Source of the DNA: Candidatus Omnitrophota bacterium
Lineage (GTDB): Bacteria; Omnitrophota; JACPQZ01
Length of the DNA stretch: 64,000 nucleotides
Direction of reading: 5' to 3'
Assembly (NCBI GenBank): GCA_016190205.1
Contig: JACPQZ010000076.1
Coordinates: 4,632 to 68,631, forward strand
Shown: positions 57,004 to 64,000 of the stretch, piece by piece
Position numbering within the stretch: the first letter of the stretch is position 1
How the letters are laid out: each line of letters starts with the position of its first letter
Made by a program: the position numbers and the translations under genes
The notes under the pieces: generated by a model
Database searches by the model: none
Told to the model about the DNA's origin: nothing
Seen by the model: the letters and a program-made list of their open reading frames with translations, nothing else

Positions 57004-58377
57004 TCATACCGGCTGACTTGCCGTTGGGGGCCCCTCTCTTAAAGACACGTTTTCAAAACGCGTATATTCCTTCACAAATGACAGGGTCAGCGACCCCACA
57101 GGACCATTCCGCTGCTTGCCGATGATGACCTCGGCCAGCCCCTTGTTCTCTTCAGTCGGACTGTAATATTCCTCGCGCAATAGAAGTATGACGACATCGG
57201 CGTCCTGTTCTATCGCCCCTGATTCCCGCAGGTCGGAAAGCTGCGGCCGGCGATCCGACCGGGATTCCACGGCCCGGGAAAGCTGACTCACTGCAATGAG
57301 AGGCACGGAGAGCTCCCGGGCCAGAGACTTCAAGCCGCGGGAAATATCGGATATCTCCTGCTGGCGGTTCTCCACGTTCCCCGTTCCTCTCATAAGCTGA
57401 AGGTAGTCCACAACGATGAGCTCGATCTTCTCCTGCACCTTGAGCCTGCGGGCCTTCGCCTTCAGTTCGAGGGCGGAGATGCCGGGCGTGTCGTCAATAA
57501 AAATCGGGGCCTCGCTTAACCTGCCCGCAGCTCCGGTAAGACGCGTCCAGTCGGTCTGCGACAGCCACCCGGTGCGAACCTTATGGGCGTCTACCCGGGC
57601 ATGCGAGCAGAGCATGCGCTGGACCAGCTGTTCCTTGCTCATCTCCAGGCTGAAGATGGCGACGGGCCGGCGTTCAATAACGCCCACATGCTCGGCCAGG
57701 CACGCAATAAACGCGCTCTTTCCCATGGAGGGCCTGCCCGCCACCACGATAAGATCGGAAGGATGAAAACCGGACGTCATGGCATCCAGATCGATGTAGC
57801 CCGTGGCCAGCCCCGTCACGGCCTCCTGCTTTTGATAAACCCGCTCGATCATCTCGATGCTTTCCTTGACCACTTCCTTGAAAGGCACGAAGCGGCCTTC
57901 GATACGCTTCTCGGAAATGGCCAGGATGGTCTGCTCCGCCTGATCCAGCACGCCGTCCACCTCGCGCGTAGGGTCAAACGAGTCTGTCACGATGCCCGTC
58001 GCCGCCTGAATCAGGCTGCGCAGGAGATATTTTTCCTTGACGATGCGAATGTAATGGCCGACATTCGCGGCGGTGGGGACGGCGGTCGAGAGTTCGGCCA
58101 GGAAGCTCGCTCCGCCGACCTCTTCTAAAGACCCCTCCTTGCGAAGCTGGTCCGTCAGGGTGACGAGATCGACCGCCCGTTCGCTGTCGAACAGCCTGAC
58201 GACAGCTTGAAATATCTTGGCGTGCTCTTTCCGGTAGAAACTGGAGGGGGAGAGAAGCTCGATGGCCCGGCGAATCGCCTCCTCATCGATGAGCATCGAG
58301 CCCAAGACACTCGTCTCGGCCTCGACATCCTGTGGGGGGAGCCGCTCGGTGCGTAACTCGGTGTCGACCTGCTGCAA
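57004..58377 (-). CDS. dnaB: Replicative DNA helicase
   Basis: DnaB N-terminal domain and RecA-like core with Walker A (GRPSMGKSAF). Confidence 0.9.
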   Translation of the reverse strand: MQQVDTELRTERLPPQDVEAETSVLGSMLIDEEAIRRAIELLSPSSFYRKEHAKIFQAVVRLFDSERAVDLVTLTDQLRKEGSLEEVGGASFLAELSTAVPTAANVGHYIRIVKEKYLLRSLIQAATGIVTDSFDPTREVDGVLDQAEQTILAISEKRIEGRFVPFKEVVKESIEMIERVYQKQEAVTGLATGYIDLDAMTSGFHPSDLIVVAGRPSMGKSAFIACLAEHVGVIERRPVAIFSLEMSKEQLVQRMLCSHARVDAHKVRTGWLSQTDWTRLTGAAGRLSEAPIFIDDTPGISALELKAKARRLKVQEKIELIVVDYLQLMRGTGNVENRQQEISDISRGLKSLARELSVPLIAVSQLSRAVESRSDRRPQLSDLRESGAIEQDADVVILLLREEYYSPTEENKGLAEVIIGKQRNGPVGSLTLSFVKEYTRFENVSLREGPPTASQPV

Positions 58378-58464
58378 AGTAACCTCTATCAGCTTTCAGC
58401 TTTCAGCTATCAGCTATTAGCTATCAGCTTTCAGCTAACGGCTGAAGGCTGAAGGCTGACTTCG

Positions 58465-58908
58465 CTATTGCTTCACGACCCAAACTTTAAGTTTGCCTGC
58501 GGCGTCCGGGTGGAGTTTGACTTCCACTGTGTAGACACCCAGCTTTTTGATGGGTTCGGGGATCAGGATGTCTTTTCGGTCGATCGAAAGACCTTCCTGC
58601 TGAAGCGCCTGAGCAATATCAGCCGTCGTGAGCGACCCGAACAGCTTATCGTCCGGTCCGGCCTTTTGAGCCACGGTGACCGACATGGAACTCAACCGCC
58701 GGGCGAGTTTCTGGGCCTCTTCCAGCGCCCTCTTTTGCCTCGCCTCTCCCGCCAGGCGCTTGCGCTCCAGCATCTTGACCTGTCCGGGCGTCACTTCCAC
58801 AGCCAGCCGCTGAGCCATGAGATAATTCCGCGCAAAACCGTCGCTCGCCTGGACCCGCTCTCCGGCCTTACCTACCTTTTCTACGTCTTTCAGTAATAAT
58901 ATTTCCAT
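58465..58908 (-). CDS. rplI: 50S ribosomal protein L9
   Basis: Starts MEILLLKDVEKVGKAGERVQASDGFARNYL, as L9 does. Confidence 0.9.
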   Translation of the reverse strand: MEILLLKDVEKVGKAGERVQASDGFARNYLMAQRLAVEVTPGQVKMLERKRLAGEARQKRALEEAQKLARRLSSMSVTVAQKAGPDDKLFGSLTTADIAQALQQEGLSIDRKDILIPEPIKKLGVYTVEVKLHPDAAGKLKVWVVKQ

Positions 58909-58920
58909 AACAAACCTCTA

Positions 58921-59043
58921 CGATCGTTCTTCGTTCATCGTTCTTCGTTCTTCGTTCTTCGTTCGACAACCCGGGTATTTGACATGGATTTCATTTTTTT
59001 GCTGTTACGAAGCACGATGCACGATGAACGAAGCACGTCGTGC
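58921..59043. repeat. Dyad-symmetric hexamer-array element (CTTCGTT/CATCGTT)n ... (CGAAGCA/CGATGCA)n between rplI and rpsR
   Basis: The tandem array cgttcttcgttcatcgttcttcgttcttcgttcttcgttcg is mirrored by cgaagcacgatgcacgatgaacgaagcacg around a ~45-nt core. Confidence 0.8.
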
Positions 59044-59046
59044 CAT

Positions 59047-59355
59047 CTATTCCCCTGTGAATGGCGTCAGCGCCACCATACGCGCGCGCTTGATGGCCCG
59101 CGCGAGCTCACGCTGATGCCAGGCACAGTTTCCGCTGATCCGGCGCGGGACGATCTTGCCCTTTTCCGTCACGAACTTCACGAGCCGCAAGACATCCTTG
59201 TAATCCACCCGTTCCACTTTTTCAGAACAAAACTTGCACACCTTCTTCCTAAAGAATTTGCGCGCCTGGGCCTGCGCCTTCCCCTTCTTCCCTGCCAGCG
59301 CCTTTTTTCCTCTGGGGGGACGTTCACTTTCATACTTTGATCCGAAATCTCTCAT
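59047..59355 (-). CDS. rpsR: 30S ribosomal protein S18
   Basis: S18 signature (...[35 protein letters not shown]...). Confidence 0.9.
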   Translation of the reverse strand: MRDFGSKYESERPPRGKKALAGKKGKAQAQARKFFRKKVCKFCSEKVERVDYKDVLRLVKFVTEKGKIVPRRISGNCAWHQRELARAIKRARMVALTPFTGE

Positions 59356-59811
59356 CTAAAAGGGTACCTCATCTTGGGGGTGCGCCTGGGTTTCATGCCC
59401 CGTTTTTTCTTCCTGCACAAGGGGAACCTCTTCCACCTGGACACTGGGCACTTCATTCAGCTCCTGCTCGACCTTACCCTGCCCTTTGCCCAAAAATTGG
59501 ACGTTATTCGCGACGACCTCGAGGGTGCTTCGCTTCTGCCCGTCCTGGGTCTCCCAGGACCGTGACTGGAGACGCCCCTCCACAAAAACGGGGCTCCCCT
59601 TCTTAAGATACTGCGCGCAAACCTCTGCCCGCCGCGCCCAAACAACCACCCGCACGAAACTGGCCTCTTCCCGGCGCTCCCCGTTCGTAGTAAAGGCGCG
59701 GTTCATCGCAAGGGTAAAGCTAGCCACGGCCTGCCCGCTGGGGATGTACCGGAGCTCGGGGTCGCGCGTCAGGTTGCCCATCAATAAGACGCGATTTAAG
59801 CTGGCCATCAT
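59356..59811 (-). CDS. ssb: Single-stranded DNA-binding protein
   Basis: OB-fold SSB N-terminus (MASLNRVLLMGNLTRDPELRYIPSGQAVASFTLA) and an acidic C-terminus. Confidence 0.9.
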   Translation of the reverse strand: MMASLNRVLLMGNLTRDPELRYIPSGQAVASFTLAMNRAFTTNGERREEASFVRVVVWARRAEVCAQYLKKGSPVFVEGRLQSRSWETQDGQKRSTLEVVANNVQFLGKGQGKVEQELNEVPSVQVEEVPLVQEEKTGHETQAHPQDEVPF

Positions 59812-60128
59812 GCACCTCCTGTTTGAGGAGTTACGGTGAGTGTGTTTTTAGCAATCAAGTGTCTCATGACCTTGGGGTTAAGTGTCAAGGCGCGCGAGAA
59901 GTCTTTAACGCGCCCGGGATCCATCTCGAGGTGAATAACGAAATAATGACCCTCCAGTTTCTTGTCAATCCGGTAAGCAAGCGGGCGCTTCTGAAGGTCG
60001 CGCCGGTCCACCACCTTCCCGCCCTCTTCCACCACCTGCCGCTCGATACCCTGAATCACCTTGGCCAGGTCCTCCCCGCTGCCCTCCGCCTGTAAGATGA
60101 GCAATGCCTCATATGTTTGGGTCTTCAC
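59808..60128 (-). CDS. rpsF: 30S ribosomal protein S6
   Basis: S6 core (YEALLILQAEGSGEDLAKVIQ...RRDLQKRPLAYRI...HYFVIHLE). The probable start is GTG at 60128, overlapping the pth stop in a GTGA arrangement. Confidence 0.85.
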   Translation of the reverse strand: MKTQTYEALLILQAEGSGEDLAKVIQGIERQVVEEGGKVVDRRDLQKRPLAYRIDKKLEGHYFVIHLEMDPGRVKDFSRALTLNPKVMRHLIAKNTLTVTPQTGGA

Positions 60129-60700
60129 AAGATCTCCTCTAGCCCGTTGTAAACGTTCATAACGTGAGCGGCGCCCTCCCGAACCCAATCCTCACAAATC
60201 TGCGCCGCGTGATCCACCAGCCGCTTTAATCGGTCTTTCTCCTTCCGGTCCGCGGGGGCAAGGACATAATCCGTGAGGTCCTTAGGCAGGCTGGACTCGC
60301 CAATCCCGCAGCGTAAACGGGGAATCGCGTGGGAACCGACCTCTTCCAGGATATTTTCCAGGCCCTGATGTCCCCCGCTCGTCCCGTGATCCCGGATGCG
60401 GAAACGGCCCAGCGGGAGATGGACATCATCCAGGACCACCAAGATCTCGCTTGCCTCGACCGACCGGGCCTCCTGAAAGGAACGCACGGCCACCCCGCTT
60501 TGATTCATAAAGAGCAGTGGTTTGACGAGCCAGACCGTCTCCCGGCCCACCGCCCCGCGGCCTTCCTCGTAACCGGGGTCCCGCCCGCAAAACTTGAGGC
60601 CCTGACGCCTTGCCAATTCGTCCAGCACCCAGAAGCCGAAGTTGTGCCACGTATTCCGGTAACGCTGGCCTGGATTACCCAGGCCCACGATGGCCTTCAC
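60125..60700 (-). CDS. pth: Peptidyl-tRNA hydrolase
   Basis: Starts MKAIVGLGNPGQRYRNTWHNFGF. Confidence 0.9.
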   Translation of the reverse strand: MKAIVGLGNPGQRYRNTWHNFGFWVLDELARRQGLKFCGRDPGYEEGRGAVGRETVWLVKPLLFMNQSGVAVRSFQEARSVEASEILVVLDDVHLPLGRFRIRDHGTSGGHQGLENILEEVGSHAIPRLRCGIGESSLPKDLTDYVLAPADRKEKDRLKRLVDHAAQICEDWVREGAAHVMNVYNGLEEIL

Positions 60701-61438
60701 CCTTGCCCTTCTCTTCGGTCTTTTCCGGAGCAGCCTTTTCCTTGGCCGACGCCGGCGGTTTCTCCGCCGCTGGTGTGCCTTCCGGCACTTCTTCCTTCTT
60801 ACCCTTGGTTATAACCTCGGGCTCCTGGGTCTCTGCCCCTTCCACAGCAACAGGCTCGGGTTCCTTTTCAGGATGCACCACCGTCACCACCACCGCATCG
60901 GGCTCATTCAGCACCTTTAAAGAGGAGGCGAGAACCAGATCCTTGACATGGATCGCCTCGCCCATCTTAAGCAGGGAGCAGTCCACCTCGATCCGCTCCG
61001 GGATATCGGCAGGAAGGCATTCGACTTCCAGTTCCCATAAGATGCGTTCCAAAATTCCTCCATCCTGAACCACACCCACAGCCTCTCCCTTCACAGCGAC
61101 AGGGACCTTGATCTTGATGCGTTGGGTGAGCGATATGTGGTCAAAATCCACATGCTGGATGACCCCGGTGACCGGGTCCTGCTGGACCTCCCGGACGAGG
61201 ACCGTCTTGGAATGGGCCTTCACGCCGCCCCTGATTTCAAGGTCGATGATCACGTTCCCGCCCAGTCCAGTGCGGAGGGCACGCTCCAGATCAGACCTGG
61301 GAACCTTGAGATGTACCGAGGCCTCTTTCTTTCCGTACACAACTGCGGGGATAAATCCCCCGCGCCTTAAACGCCGAGCCTCGGCACTCCCGATCGTCGA
61401 CCTTTCTTCAGTCTTCAGCTTGTATTTTTCTGGCATAC
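60675..61438 (-). CDS. ctc: 50S ribosomal protein L25 / general stress protein Ctc with a C-terminal extension
   Basis: Starts MPEKYKLKTEERSTIGSAEARRLRRGGFIPAVVYGK and has a Lys/Glu/Pro-rich C-terminal tail. The start is set at ATG 61438. The upstream in-frame extension covers the hexamer-array element. Confidence 0.85.
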
Positions 61439-61561
61439 ACTGCCCCTCTATGACTTTCGCGGGATTCGCGTTTCGTGATTCGGGAATCGGGAACAGGGAA
61501 TCAAAACCTTTTTTCAGCGGTACCCGCTTCCCGGTTCCCTGTTCCCGTGTCCCGGACACGG

Positions 61562-62515
61562 CTACACAAACAAGCTACTAACGGACTCCTCCAAATGAAT
61601 CCTCCGGATCGCCTCTCCCAAAAGTGGAGCCACGCTCAAGACCTTAATTTTGCGGTGCCTCCTGCCCGGCCCCAGCGGGATCGTATCCGTCACAACCAGC
61701 TGCTGTAACGGGGCCTTGGCGATGCGTTCCATCGCCGGTCCCGACAGCACCGGATGCGTGACCGCCGCATAAATATCCTGCGCGCCGTGCTTCTTAAGGG
61801 CATGGGCCGCCTCGCAGAGAGAGCCTCCCGTGGCCACGATGTCGTCCACAATCACAGCGGTACGGCCCCGCACCTCACCGAGGAGATTCATCACCTCGGC
61901 CTCTTCGTCGCTCACGCGCCGCTTGTCCACTATGGCGAGCTCGGCATGGAGCCGCTTGGCAAACGCCCTCGCCATCTTGATGCCGCCTACATCGGGCGAG
62001 ACCACCACCAGGTTCTTAAACTGAGGCCTCTTAAAGTAATTGATAAAGACCGGGGCCGCATAGAGATGATCCACCGGTATATCGAAAAAACCTTGAATCT
62101 GCCCCGCGTGCATGTCCATGGAAAGCACGCGCTGGGCCCCAGCGCCTACCAATAGATTCGCGACGAGTTTCGCGGTGATGGGGACGCGCGGCTGGTCCTT
62201 TCGGTCCTGCCGGGCATAGCCATAATACGGCATGACGGCCGTGATCCGGCTCGCAGATGACCTCCGCAGGGCATCGAGAAAGATCAAGAGCTCCATGAGG
62301 TTGTCGTTGGCCGGCGGCGACGTGGACTGAATGACGAAGACGTCTTGCCCCCGCACATCGTCGTTGACCTTGAGGCGGATCTCGCCCTCGCTGAACCGGC
62401 CCACGTCCGCACTGCCCACCGCGAGCTTGAGATACGCGCAGATCGCCTTTGCCAGATCGGGATTGCTATTTCCGGTAAATACCAGAATGCCGTTTTTCGG
62501 TTTGCCGCGGGTCAA
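61562..62515 (-). CDS. prs: Ribose-phosphate pyrophosphokinase
   Basis: Prs core (ILVFTGNSNPDLAKAI...DRKDQPRVPITAKLVANLL). The likely start is TTG 62515, overlapping the glmU stop in a TTGA arrangement. Confidence 0.9.
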   Translation of the reverse strand: MTRGKPKNGILVFTGNSNPDLAKAICAYLKLAVGSADVGRFSEGEIRLKVNDDVRGQDVFVIQSTSPPANDNLMELLIFLDALRRSSASRITAVMPYYGYARQDRKDQPRVPITAKLVANLLVGAGAQRVLSMDMHAGQIQGFFDIPVDHLYAAPVFINYFKRPQFKNLVVVSPDVGGIKMARAFAKRLHAELAIVDKRRVSDEEAEVMNLLGEVRGRTAVIVDDIVATGGSLCEAAHALKKHGAQDIYAAVTHPVLSGPAMERIAKAPLQQLVVTDTIPLGPGRRHRKIKVLSVAPLLGEAIRRIHLEESVSSLFV

Positions 62516-63636
62516 CGCCTGTCCTCCTTCGACAATCCTTGGGCTTCGGCGGAAATCCACGGGCCCACTGAAAGAGAGCGTTGTGCCATCGTCCCGGCGC
62601 CGACATCCACCCTCCGGGGCACCTTGCAATCCGTCAAGAAGGCGTGGTGATGCACCGTGGTGTCGCTTCCGATGACCGACTCCGCCACCTCCACAAAATT
62701 ACCGAGGGTCACATTGTCTCCCACCACCGTGCCCGACCGGACACGGCAGAACGGTCCAATCCGGCAATTCCGGCCGATGCGGACACGGCCTTCGAGCATG
62801 GTGAAGGGGTAGATGATCGTGTCACGTTCGATCGTCACCTGGCTGTCAATGTACGTGGTGGAGGGGTCGACAATGGTCACCCCATTGGAAAGATGCGCAT
62901 CCAGGATGCGGTCTTTCATCACCTTGTGCGCCAGCGTAAGTTCCCTGCGCGTGTTGACGCCGATGATTTCGCTGGGATCGTTGGTTGACACCGATTCAAT
63001 GCGAAGCCCCTGCTTGGCCAGGACAGCGATGCAATCGGTCAGATAATATTCATTCTTCTCATTGACGGGGGCGATCTCCTTCAGGGCCCTAAAGAGCGGC
63101 TCGACGCGAAAACAATAGGCGCCCGCGTTGACCTCTCCGATCGCCCTCTCAAATTTGGCCGCATCCACTTCTTCCACGACGCGGCGGATACGGTTTCTGT
63201 CATCACGGACAATCCGGCCGTAGCCGGTCGGATTCGAGAGATAGGTCGTTAAAAGCGTGCAGTCGGCCTTGTTGCTGCGATGGCGGACGCACAAGCCCCG
63301 CAGGGTCTCCTCCGACAAAAGCGGCGTGTCGGCATAGAGCACGAGGATGTGTCCCTTATGTCTCTTCAGCGCCGGGTATGTTTCCAAGACGGCATTTCCG
63401 GTCCCGAGAGAGTTTTTCTGCCGGATGGTCTCTATACGGGCTCCCAGGGCGCGCTTGACCCGGCCGCCTTCCTGGCCGGTCACGACAATGATGCGCTTCA
63501 CCCCGATGCTGCGCACGGCAGTCAAGAGATAGTCAAAGATCGCCTGACCGCAGATGTGATGCAGCATCTTGGGGATAGCGGAATTCATCCGCGTATACTT
63601 GCCGGCGGCCAGGATCACGCCTACGATATCTTGCAT
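62512..63636 (-). CDS. glmU: GlmU-like N-acetylglucosamine-1-phosphate uridyltransferase; the acetyltransferase (hexapeptide-repeat) domain appears C-terminally truncated
   Basis: The N-terminal uridyltransferase domain matches GlmU strongly (VILAAGKYTRMNSAIPKMLH). The C-terminal hexapeptide-repeat domain stops about 75 residues short of a typical GlmU (ends ...VDVGAGTMAQRSLSVG...). prs begins immediately after. Confidence 0.75.
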   Translation of the reverse strand: MQDIVGVILAAGKYTRMNSAIPKMLHHICGQAIFDYLLTAVRSIGVKRIIVVTGQEGGRVKRALGARIETIRQKNSLGTGNAVLETYPALKRHKGHILVLYADTPLLSEETLRGLCVRHRSNKADCTLLTTYLSNPTGYGRIVRDDRNRIRRVVEEVDAAKFERAIGEVNAGAYCFRVEPLFRALKEIAPVNEKNEYYLTDCIAVLAKQGLRIESVSTNDPSEIIGVNTRRELTLAHKVMKDRILDAHLSNGVTIVDPSTTYIDSQVTIERDTIIYPFTMLEGRVRIGRNCRIGPFCRVRSGTVVGDNVTLGNFVEVAESVIGSDTTVHHHAFLTDCKVPRRVDVGAGTMAQRSLSVGPWISAEAQGLSKEDRR

Positions 63637-63690
63637 AGGACTTGAGGAGTCGGGCCCCGTCCTGACACTCGATCTAATGGGCGGGGTAGG

Positions 63691-64000
63691 TCAGGCGATC
63701 TTCCGGTCTGAATCCTCGCCTGTCTTGGGAAAGAAAAGCGGCTCCGTTCGCTCGAGTATCACTTCCTCGGTGATCACGCACTCGGAGATGTCCTTCTTTG
63801 AGGGCAGCTCGTACATGATATCCAACATTACAGCTTCCAAAATAGAGCGCAACGCCCGCGCCCCCGTTCCACGCGCCATGGCGGCCTGGGCGACGGCCTT
63901 GAGGGCCTCGGGCGTAAACGTCAGCTTCACGTCTTCCATCTGAAAGAATTTGACATACTGCCGGATCAGGGCGTTTTTGGGCTTCGTCAGGCAGTCCATG
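63691..64000 (-). CDS. clpX: ATP-dependent Clp protease ATP-binding subunit ClpX, C-terminal end only; the start lies beyond the window
   Basis: Reads ...LTKPKNALIRQYVKFFQMEDVKLTFTPEALKAVAQAAMARGTGARALRSILEAVMLDIMYELPS, which is a ClpX C-terminus. Confidence 0.75.
   Translation of the reverse strand, partial: MDCLTKPKNALIRQYVKFFQMEDVKLTFTPEALKAVAQAAMARGTGARALRSILEAVMLDIMYELPSKKDISECVITEEVILERTEPLFFPKTGEDSDRKIA

Overview
High-GC (~60%) bacterial chromosomal window, almost entirely coding, with most genes on the minus strand. Contents in order. (1) An alpha-glucan/trehalose (GlgE pathway) cluster: malQ (5-prime partial at the window edge), a treS-mak (pep2) fusion, glgE, glgX, a DUF2934 gene, and divergently glgP and marC. 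(2) rlmN, an NSS-family Na-dependent transporter, a Znu/Tro-like metal ABC pair (substrate-binding protein and permease, no ATPase), an outer-membrane barrel with a coiled-coil N-terminus, and a DUF2946 Cys/His protein. (3) A co-oriented block: HI0933-type flavoprotein, CheY-like receiver, SGNH-like membrane protein, an in-frame DUF167-dienelactone hydrolase fusion, and a beta-helix protein. (4) A roughly 10-kb accessory, cassette-like island (about 23.0-32.7 kb) next to a tRNA-Val/tRNA-Asp/tRNA-Glu cluster. It is packed with small co-oriented genes: a HEPN-like pair, a standalone MshEN c-di-GMP receptor domain, two paralogous HTH/pol-beta-nucleotidyltransferase pairs, a zeta-toxin kinase plus a duplicated truncated copy of its 5-prime end, a TylF-type methyltransferase, pirin, DUF1579, yjbQ-tag, a DUF2283/DUF4258 pair, and an AT-rich membrane-protein gene. 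These are separated by several families of short palindromic or direct repeats, two of which begin with 12 nt identical to the tRNA-Asp 3-prime end. No integrase is present in the window. (5) A conserved housekeeping block: tRNA-Lys, frr, pyrH, tsf, rpsB, an msbA-like exporter, a gnnA-like oxidoreductase, lpxB, a secreted MORN-repeat protein, glnA with a GAF-sigma54 activator, lpxI, lpxA, an lpxC-fabZ fusion, lpxD, skp, bamA, dnaB, rplI, rpsR, ssb, rpsF, pth, ctc, prs, glmU, and a clpX fragment at the window edge. Three things stand out. First, a recurring family of intergenic dyad-symmetric elements built from tandem hexamer repeats, including one roughly 310-bp composite palindrome between lpxI and the sigma54 activator gene. 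Second, glgX has no canonical start codon ahead of its conserved N-terminal domain. Third, glmU appears to lack the last ~75 residues of its acetyltransferase domain. No CRISPR array, rRNA or transposase was seen.
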